From positions 32,001 through 96,000 of the forward strand of contig JBFMAF010000049.1 of NCBI GenBank assembly GCA_040755995.1: DNA of 64,000 nucleotides. The letters run 5' to 3'. Shown here piece by piece: positions 17,569 through 26,597 of this stretch; within the stretch, counting starts at the first letter, position 1; every line of letters starts with the position of its first letter. The position numbers were made by a program, and so were the translations under genes. Source of the stretch: Acidobacteriota bacterium. GTDB taxonomy: Bacteria; Acidobacteriota; CAIWXX01. The notes under the pieces were generated by a model. It saw nothing but the letters and a program-made list of their open reading frames with translations, was not told where the DNA came from and made no database searches.

Positions 17569-19050
17569 CTACTCGGGCCGGAGCAGAGGGAAGAGGATGA
17601 CTTCGCGGATGTTGGGCGATCCGGTGAGCAGCATGGTGAGGCGGTCGATCCCGACGCCCTCGCCGGCCGCCGGCGGCAGGCCGTAGCGCAGTGCGCGGAC
17701 GTAGTCATGATCGATTGCGTGAGCTTCTTCGTCGCCGGCTCCGCGCTGTAAGGCCTGTTCTTCGAAACGGCGGAGCTGCTCCTCCGGGTCGTTGAGCTCG
17801 CTGAAGCCGTTTGCTACTTCCATGCCGCCGATCCAGAGCTCGAACCGCTCGACCAGCTCCGGCCGGCCCGGATGCTGTTTGGAGAGGGGCGAGATGCTCG
17901 TGGGGTAGTCGACGATGTAGGTGGGTCTCTGCAGCTTCGGTTTGACGTAGCGATCGAAGAGGAAGTCGAGCGCCTTGCCGTGGGTCTTCGGGCCGGACAT
18001 TCCCCAGCGTGTGGCTTCTTCCACCACGACCGCCTGGTCGCTCAGGCGGCTCGGATCGATCCCCGAGAATCTGGCCAGAGCTTCCATGTACGGCATGCGG
18101 GGCCACGGGGTATGCAGCGGGATCAGTTCCTCCCCATACTTGATCTCGGTCTTCCCGACCACGTCGCGCGCGAGGCCCGCCAGCATCTCTTCGGTCATCC
18201 CCATGAGGTCCTCGTAAGAGCTGTAGGCCTCGTAGAACTCGAGCATGGTGAACTCGGGGTTATGCATGTGCGAGATCCCCTCGTTGCGGAAGACGCGGTT
18301 CAGCTCGTAGACGCGGTCAAAGCCGCCCACGATGAGTCGCTTGAGGTAGAGCTCGGGGGCGATTCGCATGTAGAGGTCCACATCCAGCGCGTTATGGTGT
18401 GTCTTGAACGGGCGAGCCAGCGCTCCGCCCGGGATTGGCTGCAGGATCGGCGTTTCGACCTCGACATAGGCTCGCTCGTCCAGATATCGCCGGAGCCATC
18501 TGATGATGGCGCTGCGCGTCTGAAACACCTGTTTCACCTCTGGGTTCATCGCCAGGTCGAGGTACCGCTGGCGGTGGCGTATCTCGACGTCGATGAGCCC
18601 GTGGAACTTCTCGGGCAGAGGCAGGAGCGCCTTCGACAGGAACGCGAGCTTCTCCACCTTCACCGTGAGCTCGCCGGTCCGCGTCCGGAACAGCGGCCCC
18701 GTCACCCCGACGTGATCGCCCAGGTCGAGCAGCTTGAGGAGCTTGAAGTCGAGCTCGGAGACCCAATCCCGCCTGACATAGACTTGCAGCCGTTCGGTAG
18801 CGTCGGAGATATGCATGAAGCAGGCCTTGCCCATGTCGCGCTGCAGCATGATGCGCCCCGGAACCGACACCCGAACGGGCTCCGCATCGAGATCCGCCCC
18901 ACTTTGCGAAGCGAAGGCTCTCACGATCTGGCTGGGCGTGTGGGTCCAGTCGAACTTGTGAGGGTAGGTCGGTATACCGAGCTCGGCGATCCTTTTCAGC
19001 TTCTCCTCTCGCTGTGCCACCAGAACGTTCTTCTCTTCCATCGATTTCAC
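17569..19050 (-). CDS. lysS: Lysine--tRNA ligase (class II)
   Basis: YMRIAPELYLKRL, FRNEG..HNPEFTMLEFY, ERFEL, YGLPP..GEGVGIDRL, REVILFP. Confidence 0.97.
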   Translation of the reverse strand: MKSMEEKNVLVAQREEKLKRIAELGIPTYPHKFDWTHTPSQIVRAFASQSGADLDAEPVRVSVPGRIMLQRDMGKACFMHISDATERLQVYVRRDWVSELDFKLLKLLDLGDHVGVTGPLFRTRTGELTVKVEKLAFLSKALLPLPEKFHGLIDVEIRHRQRYLDLAMNPEVKQVFQTRSAIIRWLRRYLDERAYVEVETPILQPIPGGALARPFKTHHNALDVDLYMRIAPELYLKRLIVGGFDRVYELNRVFRNEGISHMHNPEFTMLEFYEAYSSYEDLMGMTEEMLAGLARDVVGKTEIKYGEELIPLHTPWPRMPYMEALARFSGIDPSRLSDQAVVVEEATRWGMSGPKTHGKALDFLFDRYVKPKLQRPTYIVDYPTSISPLSKQHPGRPELVERFELWIGGMEVANGFSELNDPEEQLRRFEEQALQRGAGDEEAHAIDHDYVRALRYGLPPAAGEGVGIDRLTMLLTGSPNIREVILFPLLRPE

Positions 19051-19057
19051 CCTCTTG

Positions 19058-19146
19058 TGCCGCCCTTCCGGGGCTTGCTCAATCTCCGTCTATGATAACC
19101 CAGGGCTCACGCCCTGGGCTATACATCTGTCGCCCCTTCGGGCTCT
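19058..19146. repeat. REP-like palindromic intergenic element
   Basis: GCCGCCCTTCCGGGGC ... CCCAGGGCTCACGCCCTGGG hairpin ... GTCGCCCCTTCGGGCT. Confidence 0.65.
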
Positions 19147-19185
19147 CGGAGCGCGTACAGAATGCACACACTGCAGGTCCCCGCG

Positions 19186-20427
19186 TCAGCGGGAACGAGC
19201 GCCTACCTTCTCTACGACGATCGCGAACTGCCGGATCTCGCGGTCCTTCAGCTTGAACTTGCCGCTGACGTAGCGGTACATGGCGTCGCCGAACTGGAGG
19301 GAGTACTCGCCGCCCTTGAGCCCGATGAACGAGAAGCCGCCGTCCGGGCGCACCTGCTGGCGAAGAACGCCGCCCGCCGACTCCACGAGTATCTCGCCTC
19401 CACCGATCGGGCTCCCGTCCGGCGTCTTGATCGTCCCCTCGATCGCCGCGGAGTATCGCACGTCGAAGTTCTTGCGCAGGTACACCGGGCCCGGCCCGTC
19501 TCCGGCGCGGAAGTCCTCTTCCACCAGCCCGCCTTCCTCCTTGGTCCTGAAGATCTGCATGCCGCTGAGGTCGAGCCGCGCCTGCGAATTGCCCTTTTCC
19601 ACCGGTTTCCAATAGACGTAGTTGGCCGAAACCATGTTGACGGTCTTCTGCGGATCCGACAGTATCCATCCGATTCCCGGGTAGTAGACCTCGATGAAAC
19701 GGTGGAGCTGGAAGTCCATGCGCGTCTCATTCCCCTCGACGCCGTCGGGTTTGAGGAGCAGCCCTTGCACGGCGCGCGCCGGGATCTGGACTGAACGGAG
19801 GAGGGTGAGGGCAAGGTTCGAAATGCCTACGCAGTAGCCGCGCTTTCCCTCGAGGACCTGCAATGGATCGTCGGCCCGCGCGGTCTCATCGTAGACGACG
19901 TTCTCGCCGATCCAGGCAAGGATAGCCTCCACCGCATCGGTCTGGTACTTGCTGCCGTGCACCAGGTCCTCAGCCAGCTTCTTGAACGGCTTGGCTCCGG
20001 CCGGAACGCCCGGCTCCGCCAGGGTATAGTCCTGGACGTAGGACGGTAGCTGCTCAGTCTTTGGCTTGAACGGTGCCCGGCACTGCATCAGGTCGCAGGC
20101 TACCGTCACCCTGATTCGCACGCGGCCCTCCCAGTCCGGCATGCCTCGTTCGAGCGCGTAACCGTTGGCCACGTGGCTGCCGATCGTCAGCCAGACAGGC
20201 AGCGACTTGACGAAGTACGTTGCCGATGCCGTGCCCCTCACGAAGGTCTGGGATGCGGGGAGTGCGTCAGGGGCCAGGATGATGAGCGCAACCAACAGCC
20301 ACCGAACGCTGAGCGAACCGACCAGCGCGTCACGTAAACCTGTACCTCCACCCTCGACCCTACCGGCTCCAGAGCGGGCAGCCGGTCGACCCAGGGTCGA
20401 CTCGCGCAACATCCTTTGTTTCTTCAT
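19186..20427 (-). CDS. Transglutaminase-like domain protein with C-terminal carboxypeptidase-regulatory-like domain
   Basis: Catalytic-triad motifs GYCVG, LHRFIEVY, WILSDP; C-terminal IEGTIKTPDGSPI..DGGFSF.GL..GEY. Start uncertain; hydrophobic segment near the N-terminus. Confidence 0.75.
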   Translation of the reverse strand: MKKQRMLRESTLGRPAARSGAGRVEGGGTGLRDALVGSLSVRWLLVALIILAPDALPASQTFVRGTASATYFVKSLPVWLTIGSHVANGYALERGMPDWEGRVRIRVTVACDLMQCRAPFKPKTEQLPSYVQDYTLAEPGVPAGAKPFKKLAEDLVHGSKYQTDAVEAILAWIGENVVYDETARADDPLQVLEGKRGYCVGISNLALTLLRSVQIPARAVQGLLLKPDGVEGNETRMDFQLHRFIEVYYPGIGWILSDPQKTVNMVSANYVYWKPVEKGNSQARLDLSGMQIFRTKEEGGLVEEDFRAGDGPGPVYLRKNFDVRYSAAIEGTIKTPDGSPIGGGEILVESAGGVLRQQVRPDGGFSFIGLKGGEYSLQFGDAMYRYVSGKFKLKDREIRQFAIVVEKVGARSR

Positions 20428-20483
20428 CTCTCCTGCCTCGTCGCAACTACCGCGCAGCCTCGGCCCGCGACTCGATCTGCCGC

Positions 20484-20903
20484 CTACTTCGAGCCGGCCG
20501 CCAGATCCGCCCTTGCCTTGTGTACTCCGTCCAGCACTCCGTTGATGAACGCATGGCTCTCACTCGATCCGAACTTCTTGGCTATCTCGATCGCTTCATC
20601 GATGACCACCTTCGGAGGTGTAGTCCGGCCATACAGGAGCTCGAACACGGCCACTCGAAGCACATTTCGATCGACGGCTCCCATGCGCTCGACCGACCAG
20701 TTCTTCGAGCATCGCCCGATGATCTGGTCGATCCGCGCGGCATTCTTCCGCCACCCCTCGATGAGAAACGTTGCGAACTCCTCAATCGTCCTCGACACGG
20801 GATGATGCTCGAAGAAAACGACGACGTCCGGCGCCTCCCGGTTCAGATCGGCCTGGAAGAGGACCTGCAGCGCGCACTCACGAGCTTTCCTGCGTGCTCC
20901 CAT
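20484..20903 (-). CDS. nusB: Transcription antitermination factor NusB
   Basis: RRKARECALQVLF, VDRNVLR.A..EL, VVIDEAIEIAKKF, FINGVLD. Confidence 0.96.
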   Translation of the reverse strand: MGARRKARECALQVLFQADLNREAPDVVVFFEHHPVSRTIEEFATFLIEGWRKNAARIDQIIGRCSKNWSVERMGAVDRNVLRVAVFELLYGRTTPPKVVIDEAIEIAKKFGSSESHAFINGVLDGVHKARADLAAGSK

Positions 20904-20918
20904 GCGGGCAATGAGACC

Positions 20919-21404
20919 TCAGCCCTTCTTGGCCTTCTTGCCCAGGGCCTTCGCAAGGCTGGCCATCTCCACGGCCGTCATAGCGGCATCGAATCCCTTG
21001 TTCCCGCCCTTCGCGCCCGCTCGATCGATCGCCTGCTCCAGATTGTCCGCCGTGATCACGCCGAAGGCCACAGGGACTCCTGTCTGCAACATCACCTGGG
21101 CGATTCCCTTCGATACCTCCGCCGCCACGTACTCGAAATGCGGCGTCTCGCCGCGGATGACAGCGCCCACGCAGATGATCGCGTCGTATTCGCCCGAGTG
21201 CGCGAGCTGGTTGGCCACCATGGGCATCTCGAAGGAACCAGGCACCCTTACCACGGTGATGTCCTTCTCTGCCGCCCCCGTGCGCAAGAGGGCGTCCCGA
21301 GCCCCGTCAAGCAATCGGGCAACGACGAAATCATTGAAACGGCCCACGACGATCGCGAACCGCAGCCCGGATGACTGCAACACACCTTCTATTGTCTGAC
21401 CCAT
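20919..21404 (-). CDS. ribH: 6,7-dimethyl-8-ribityllumazine synthase
   Basis: [37 protein letters not shown]. Confidence 0.97.
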   Translation of the reverse strand: MGQTIEGVLQSSGLRFAIVVGRFNDFVVARLLDGARDALLRTGAAEKDITVVRVPGSFEMPMVANQLAHSGEYDAIICVGAVIRGETPHFEYVAAEVSKGIAQVMLQTGVPVAFGVITADNLEQAIDRAGAKGGNKGFDAAMTAVEMASLAKALGKKAKKG

Positions 21405-21430
21405 GGCTTCTGCTCCTCAGAAGGCTTTGA

Positions 21431-21459
21431 ACTATATGTCGAAGGGGCCGGAGTGTCAA
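21431..21459 (-). promoter_or_regulatory. Sigma-70 promoter for ribH-nusB
   Basis: Minus strand TTGACA-17 bp-TATAGT. Confidence 0.75.
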
Positions 21460-21468
21460 ACCCTGGCC

Positions 21469-21492
21469 GGCGATGGCGATGGCGATGGCGAT
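21469..21492. repeat. (GGCGAT)4 tandem repeat
   Basis: Four exact copies between divergent promoters. Confidence 0.85.
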
Positions 21493-21534
21493 GAGGGGAC
21501 ATCAGAACGTAGAGGACGTGTGTTCGGGAGACAC

Positions 21535-21565
21535 GTGCAGGGGCGACGCATGCGTCGCCCCCACC
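21535..21565. repeat. REP-like palindrome
   Basis: GGGGCGACGCATGCGTCGCCCC perfect palindrome preceded by GCA (GTAG-REP-like). Confidence 0.6.
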
Positions 21566-21583
21566 AGCGTCCGGTGCCGCCCC

Positions 21584-21612
21584 TTGACACCGCTACACCG
21601 ATAACTGACAAT
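21584..21612 (+). promoter_or_regulatory. Sigma-70 promoter for the response regulator
   Basis: TTGACA-17 bp-GACAAT. Confidence 0.55.
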
Positions 21613-21630
21613 TCCCGGGGTTAAGTGTAT

Positions 21631-22023
21631 ATGGACATTGGTGGCCGGACGCCTACCGTTCTGGTTGTGGACGACGACGAGTGGCAGGTGAAGAGCCTCG
21701 TGCAGTTACTGGAGCGTGAGGGTATCCGCACGAAGAGTGCGATGTCCGGAGTAGACGCGCTGAAAATCCTCGACACGGACAGCTTCGATCTCATACTGCT
21801 CGACGTGGTCATGCCTGAGATGGACGGGTACGAGGTCTGCAGGAGGATCCGGGCCCATGCCAAGGCCAAGACCACACCGGTCGTCTTCCTCACGGCCAAG
21901 GCCGGCGCGGCGGACTACATGAAGGGAATGAAGAGCGGCGGGGACACCTATATCACCAAGCCATTCCGCAACTCGCAGCTGCTCATGATGATGAAGACCC
22001 TCATGTCGATGCGGCGGAAGTAG
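21631..22023 (+). CDS. Single-domain response regulator
   Basis: LVVDDD, LILLDVVMPEMDG, FLTA, YITKPF. Confidence 0.9.
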   Translation: MDIGGRTPTVLVVDDDEWQVKSLVQLLEREGIRTKSAMSGVDALKILDTDSFDLILLDVVMPEMDGYEVCRRIRAHAKAKTTPVVFLTAKAGAADYMKGMKSGGDTYITKPFRNSQLLMMMKTLMSMRRK

Positions 22024-22385
22024 AGGCCGGCCAACCCCAAACCGAAGCAGATCGAGGCTCCACCGCGGCAACCCCACACAGGTCCTTCCATGGGCCTGTG
22101 TAACCTTTGTGCCGGGCCGAAGTCTATTCGGAGTGGCCGTGTTGAAGTCGGCACCGGCACGAAACCGCACGGCTCGCCTCATTGACAATGGAACCGGATA
22201 GCGCTCAGGAGCGTATAGGACTAAGAATGGCGAGGACGACCTGTCCTGTCCGACGCGGCGAGGGCTGCGCGGTGTCTGCCTTCGGACTCCCGTGTCTTCC
22301 TGGAACCTCGCATGTGCGCTCGACTCCATCGGCCACGATCCGAGTGCCCGCCAGCCCCGCGTTCACTCCACCAGAAAGGAACACC

Positions 22386-24632
22386 ATGAACCTGCCGCTT
22401 CCACCATTCCGCGCACTCCCCGCTCTGCTTCTCCTCCTCGCGGCATCGCTCCAGGCCGAGCAGGCGCCGGCCAGGCTTGTGGTCCCGCGAACGACGAGCC
22501 CCATTACGATTGACGGCGACCTGTCCGACCCTGGATGGCAGGGCGCGGGTGTCATCGATACGTTCTACGAGACCCAGCCTGGTGACAACGTGACACCCAA
22601 AGTCAAGACGACCGCCCTCGTGACCTACGACGCCAAACACTTCTATATCGGCGTGATCTGTGACGACCCGGAACCGAAGAAGATACGCGCTCCGTATGTC
22701 GATCGGGACAATATCATAGGCACAGATGACAACGTGGCGATCTTCCTCGACACCCGCAACGACCGGCGGTCTGCCATCGAGCTGCGCGTGAATCCACGCG
22801 GCATCCAGGCCGACGCCATGTACAACGATGCCGATGGGAACGAAGATTTCTCACCGGACTTTTTCTACGATACGGCGGCGAGAATCACGGAGACCGGGTG
22901 GAGCGCCGAGTATAGAATTCCCTTCTCTTCTTTGCGCTACCCGAAGTCCCCCGTCCAGACGTGGACAATCCTGATCTGGCGCAACTACCCGCGTGATTAC
23001 CGCTACTTCATCATGAGCAGCGCGGTACCGCGCAGCTCGAACTGCTGGATATGTCACAGCATGGAGCTGACAGGAATCACCGATCTGCCGTCGGGCGGAT
23101 ATCTGGTGGGCGCCCCCTACGTTGCGGCGAAAGAATCAGGCCATCCTCGCAACGAACCGGGCAGCGATTTCGTCTACGAGCCGGTTGACGGAGAGGCCGG
23201 GCTCGACGTCAAGTGGACCCCGACGGCAAACACCGCGCTGGACGTCGCTCTGAACCCAGATTTCTCCCAGATCGAGTCCGACGTCGGGCAGATCGCGGTC
23301 AATAACAGGTTCGCTCTGTTCTATCCCGAGAAGAGGCCGTTCTTTCTGGAATCTGTGGACCTGTTCGACACGCCCATCCAGGCGGTCTACACGCGTACCA
23401 TCACTTCGCCGAAGTGGGGAGTCAGGGCCACAGGGAAGACGGGCTCATCGGCATACACGTTCCTCGTCGCGGAGGACCGCGGGGGCGGGAGCGTGATCAT
23501 ACCTGGGCCGGACTACTCCAGCCTGGCCCCACAAGACTTCCGGTCCTTCGCCGCCATAGGCCGCGTGAGACGCGACTTCGGCCGCTCGTTCGGCGGTCTG
23601 CTTTTCACCGACCGCGAGATCGAGGGCGGCGGGCACAACCGCGTATTCGGCCCGGACTTCCAGTGGCGGCCGAGCTCGAAAGATCAGCTCGTCGGCCAGA
23701 TCCTGGTCTCCGACACGCAAACACCAGACCTCCCCGATCTCGATCCTTCATGGGACGGCGGCCAGTTCACATCTAGCGCCCTGTCATTGATGTGGCTCCA
23801 CAGCGCTCCCACCTGGATCTGGCGCCTCACCTATGAAGACATAGGCGACGGCTTCCGCGCAGACAACGGATTCGTCCCGCAGGTAGGCTATCGTCTGGGT
23901 CGCGCCTATCTTGGCCGGAACTTTTACCCTGAGGGAGTGTTCCGGGTCGTGAGGCCGTACTTCATCGTTCGTTATGATAGCGACAGGGACGGCCGGATGC
24001 TTCTTCGCCGTACATTTCCAGGTGTTCAGTTGCAGGGCTGGCACAACCTGGTGGGAATGGTAGAGGTCTACATCAAAGACAAGTCGAGAGTCGAGGACCA
24101 GGTGTTCGAAACGAGCCAGGTATTCTATTATGTGGAAATCGACCCGTCGCGACGTTTTTCGCGCATAGGTGTCAGCGGCTACCTCGGCGAGGACATCGAC
24201 TTCGCCAACCTGCGGGTGGGCAACGGCGGCGAGCTCATGCTGACGGGCACGATCAAGCCCACCGACCACCTCCAGTTGGAGTTCAACGCCGACAGGCAGT
24301 GGCTAAACGTGACGACTGAATCCGGCCTGGAAGGGCGCCTGTTCACCGCACAGATCGAACGGATCAAGGCCACCTACAGTTTCACAGCCCGCGCCCTCCT
24401 GCGCGCCATCGGCGAGTACCTGACCGTCGATCGCGACCCCGCGCTCTATTCCTTCGAAGTCCCAGCCAGATCGGGAGGATTCTCCGGCTCGCTTCTCCTC
24501 TCGTACAAACTGAACTGGCAGACGGTTTTCTTCATCGGCTACGGCGACAATCGGACGCTCACGGAAGACAACCGGCTGACTCCGGAGGACAGGCAGTTCT
24601 TCCTGAAAATGTCATACGCATTCCAGCGGTAG
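22386..24632 (+). CDS. Secreted / outer-membrane DUF5916 protein with N-terminal CBM9-like domain
   Basis: RBS GAAAGGA, signal peptide, ITIDGDLSD..W, NPDFSQIESD, FYPEKRPFFLE, YTRTI, C-terminal FFLKMSYAF. Confidence 0.85.
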   Translation: MNLPLPPFRALPALLLLLAASLQAEQAPARLVVPRTTSPITIDGDLSDPGWQGAGVIDTFYETQPGDNVTPKVKTTALVTYDAKHFYIGVICDDPEPKKIRAPYVDRDNIIGTDDNVAIFLDTRNDRRSAIELRVNPRGIQADAMYNDADGNEDFSPDFFYDTAARITETGWSAEYRIPFSSLRYPKSPVQTWTILIWRNYPRDYRYFIMSSAVPRSSNCWICHSMELTGITDLPSGGYLVGAPYVAAKESGHPRNEPGSDFVYEPVDGEAGLDVKWTPTANTALDVALNPDFSQIESDVGQIAVNNRFALFYPEKRPFFLESVDLFDTPIQAVYTRTITSPKWGVRATGKTGSSAYTFLVAEDRGGGSVIIPGPDYSSLAPQDFRSFAAIGRVRRDFGRSFGGLLFTDREIEGGGHNRVFGPDFQWRPSSKDQLVGQILVSDTQTPDLPDLDPSWDGGQFTSSALSLMWLHSAPTWIWRLTYEDIGDGFRADNGFVPQVGYRLGRAYLGRNFYPEGVFRVVRPYFIVRYDSDRDGRMLLRRTFPGVQLQGWHNLVGMVEVYIKDKSRVEDQVFETSQVFYYVEIDPSRRFSRIGVSGYLGEDIDFANLRVGNGGELMLTGTIKPTDHLQLEFNADRQWLNVTTESGLEGRLFTAQIERIKATYSFTARALLRAIGEYLTVDRDPALYSFEVPARSGGFSGSLLLSYKLNWQTVFFIGYGDNRTLTEDNRLTPEDRQFFLKMSYAFQR

Positions 24633-24667
24633 CCCTGCCGCGGGCTACGGACCGATTGGGGATTCCC

Positions 24668-25132
24668 TCACGCGCCGAGCGGGTACAGCCTCTCGATAGT
24701 CTCCAGGTGCGCCTGGATGACAGGTCGCTGCAAGACGACCGCGAATGCCGTCACCAGGCCGCCGACGAAAAGATCGGCGAGAGACCGCGTGAGAAGGGCG
24801 GAGAACAGGCCCAGGACGGCGGCCGATTCGAGGAGGCCGAACGAGATCATCGAAATCTGCACGAGCAGCGCCGAGGCGGCGCCGCGCGAGCCCCGCGCGC
24901 GCAGCTTCTCTTCGTTGATCGTGAGGCGCGGCAGCATGAAGCCGGACGCGAGTGTCGTGAGACCCACCAAGAACGCCCCACCACGAATCATCGGGGCCGC
25001 TTCTGCCGGTACGCGCGGATCGAAGTTGGGCATCGCCAGAAGCCCGACTACGACATAGAGCAACGGGGAGGCCACAAAACAGAGCCACAGGACCGTGATC
25101 GTTCGTCGTGTGTCACCGGTCTTGGTTGCCAT
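24668..25132 (-). CDS. Hypothetical membrane protein (about 4 TM)
   Basis: RBS AGGAG; alternating hydrophobic segments. Confidence 0.6.
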   Translation of the reverse strand: MATKTGDTRRTITVLWLCFVASPLLYVVVGLLAMPNFDPRVPAEAAPMIRGGAFLVGLTTLASGFMLPRLTINEEKLRARGSRGAASALLVQISMISFGLLESAAVLGLFSALLTRSLADLFVGGLVTAFAVVLQRPVIQAHLETIERLYPLGA

Positions 25133-25186
25133 CGGTTCTCTCCTGTGCAAACCGGCGTTGCCGCCGCCTGTCTCCGCTCGAGCGGG

Positions 25187-25936
25187 CTAACGCGCCCGGC
25201 CGCTTCTCAGCCACTCGGCCCAGTCGGCCCGGCCGTTTTCTCTGGCCCTGGCGGAGGCTCGCGCCCAGTCGTAGGGCACCGCCACATGGTCGACCTGCCA
25301 CCCCGCGCCGCTCTTGGCCACCACCGCGTACCGCGCGTGCGGGCTGCCGGCTTGCATCACATGCGCCACGGGCTGGTCGTCAGAATAGGCGGGCAGGCCC
25401 ACGCTCCCGGGGTTCACCACGAGCTGCCCGTTCGGCAGCCACACAGTCCACGGAACGTGGCTGTGCCCACACAGCACAACCGGCTCTGAGACTTTTTCGA
25501 GCGAGGCCATGATCTGATCGGGCGCGCGCAGGGTAGGGCCCATTGGCGAGATATCCTCCAACAGGTAGGTGACGTCCGACCCCGGTGTGCCGTGGCAGGC
25601 GAACAGCTTGGCACCCACCGTCTCGGTGGGCTGATGCATCCTTAGCCAGGCGATCTGCTCGGCACGGAGGTTCCGGCGGACGAATTCGGGGGTCGGGCTC
25701 GCGGTCCCTTCTCCTGAGTGCTCTGTGATCAGCCGATCCTCGTTTCCACGCACGTTCACGATCTTACGGGGCATCAGCATCTCCGCCGTTCCACGCGGAT
25801 CCAGCGGCCCATACACGGTGTCGCCAAGATTCACAATCCACGTGATGTCGCGTTTCTCGATGTCAGCCAGCACTGCTTCCAGCGCCCACGAGTTGCCGTG
25901 GATGTCCGAGACCACCGCGATCTGAAGATCGATCAT
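25187..25936 (-). CDS. Metallophosphoesterase (calcineurin-like, YfcE/MJ0936 type)
   Basis: SDIHGN, LGD, RGNED, CHGTP, CGHSH, NPGSVG. Confidence 0.9.
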   Translation of the reverse strand: MIDLQIAVVSDIHGNSWALEAVLADIEKRDITWIVNLGDTVYGPLDPRGTAEMLMPRKIVNVRGNEDRLITEHSGEGTASPTPEFVRRNLRAEQIAWLRMHQPTETVGAKLFACHGTPGSDVTYLLEDISPMGPTLRAPDQIMASLEKVSEPVVLCGHSHVPWTVWLPNGQLVVNPGSVGLPAYSDDQPVAHVMQAGSPHARYAVVAKSGAGWQVDHVAVPYDWARASARARENGRADWAEWLRSGRAR

Positions 25937-25975
25937 CGAATACCTCCTATTCTCCACCTCGCCATGCGGAGAACT

Positions 25976-26368
25976 TCAGCCGCCGGGCTTGTCGAGCTCC
26001 TTCGCGAAGCGCTTGCGCTCGCACGCGTCCTCGATGGCGGAAACGAGCGTGTCGAGGGGGCACGGCTTGAGAAGCACGTCGGCCGCCCCGCTCTTCAGCG
26101 CCATCGTCGTGCCTCCGAGATCGGCATGACCGGTCAGAAGCAGGACCGGCGTGAGTGAATCGCGGCGGCGGATCATGTCGAGCGTTGCAAGGCCGTCCAT
26201 GCCGGGCATGCGCAGGTCCAGCACGATGACGTCGAACTCCTCCTTCGAGTGCCGTTCGGCGGCCGACCCGCCGTCGTACACCGTCACGCTCTCGATACCC
26301 CTGCGCCGCAGCACCTTCGCGAGCGAATCGACGTACACCTTTTCGTCATCAGCCAGCAGAACACGCAT
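25976..26368 (-). CDS. Single-domain response regulator
   Basis: LLADDE, VLDLRMPGMDG, LTGH, LKP. Confidence 0.88.
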   Translation of the reverse strand: MRVLLADDEKVYVDSLAKVLRRRGIESVTVYDGGSAAERHSKEEFDVIVLDLRMPGMDGLATLDMIRRRDSLTPVLLLTGHADLGGTTMALKSGAADVLLKPCPLDTLVSAIEDACERKRFAKELDKPGG

Positions 26369-26597
26369 CCAGTCTTACTCCGGCAGAGTCCACTCCTGGA
26401 GTCTACTCCAAGGCGCGAGTCGATTGCGAGTGCCTGCGTCTTGGCGCTGGCCAGGAGCTCCGGCCCCGCGTTCGTGAACGTGACCGGATCCCATCCCACC
26501 GGTCACATCCACGACCGCGAACACGATCGCGAAACTTGCCGCAGTATCCCATCGAGCCCGAGAGAGCGATTCGGTCGCCCTCTCCGGCTCAGGTATG

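Noticed and set aside
21405..21630. FMN riboswitch upstream of ribH
   Set aside because: The promoter lies only ~25 bp from the start codon, leaving no room, and RFN consensus motifs are absent.
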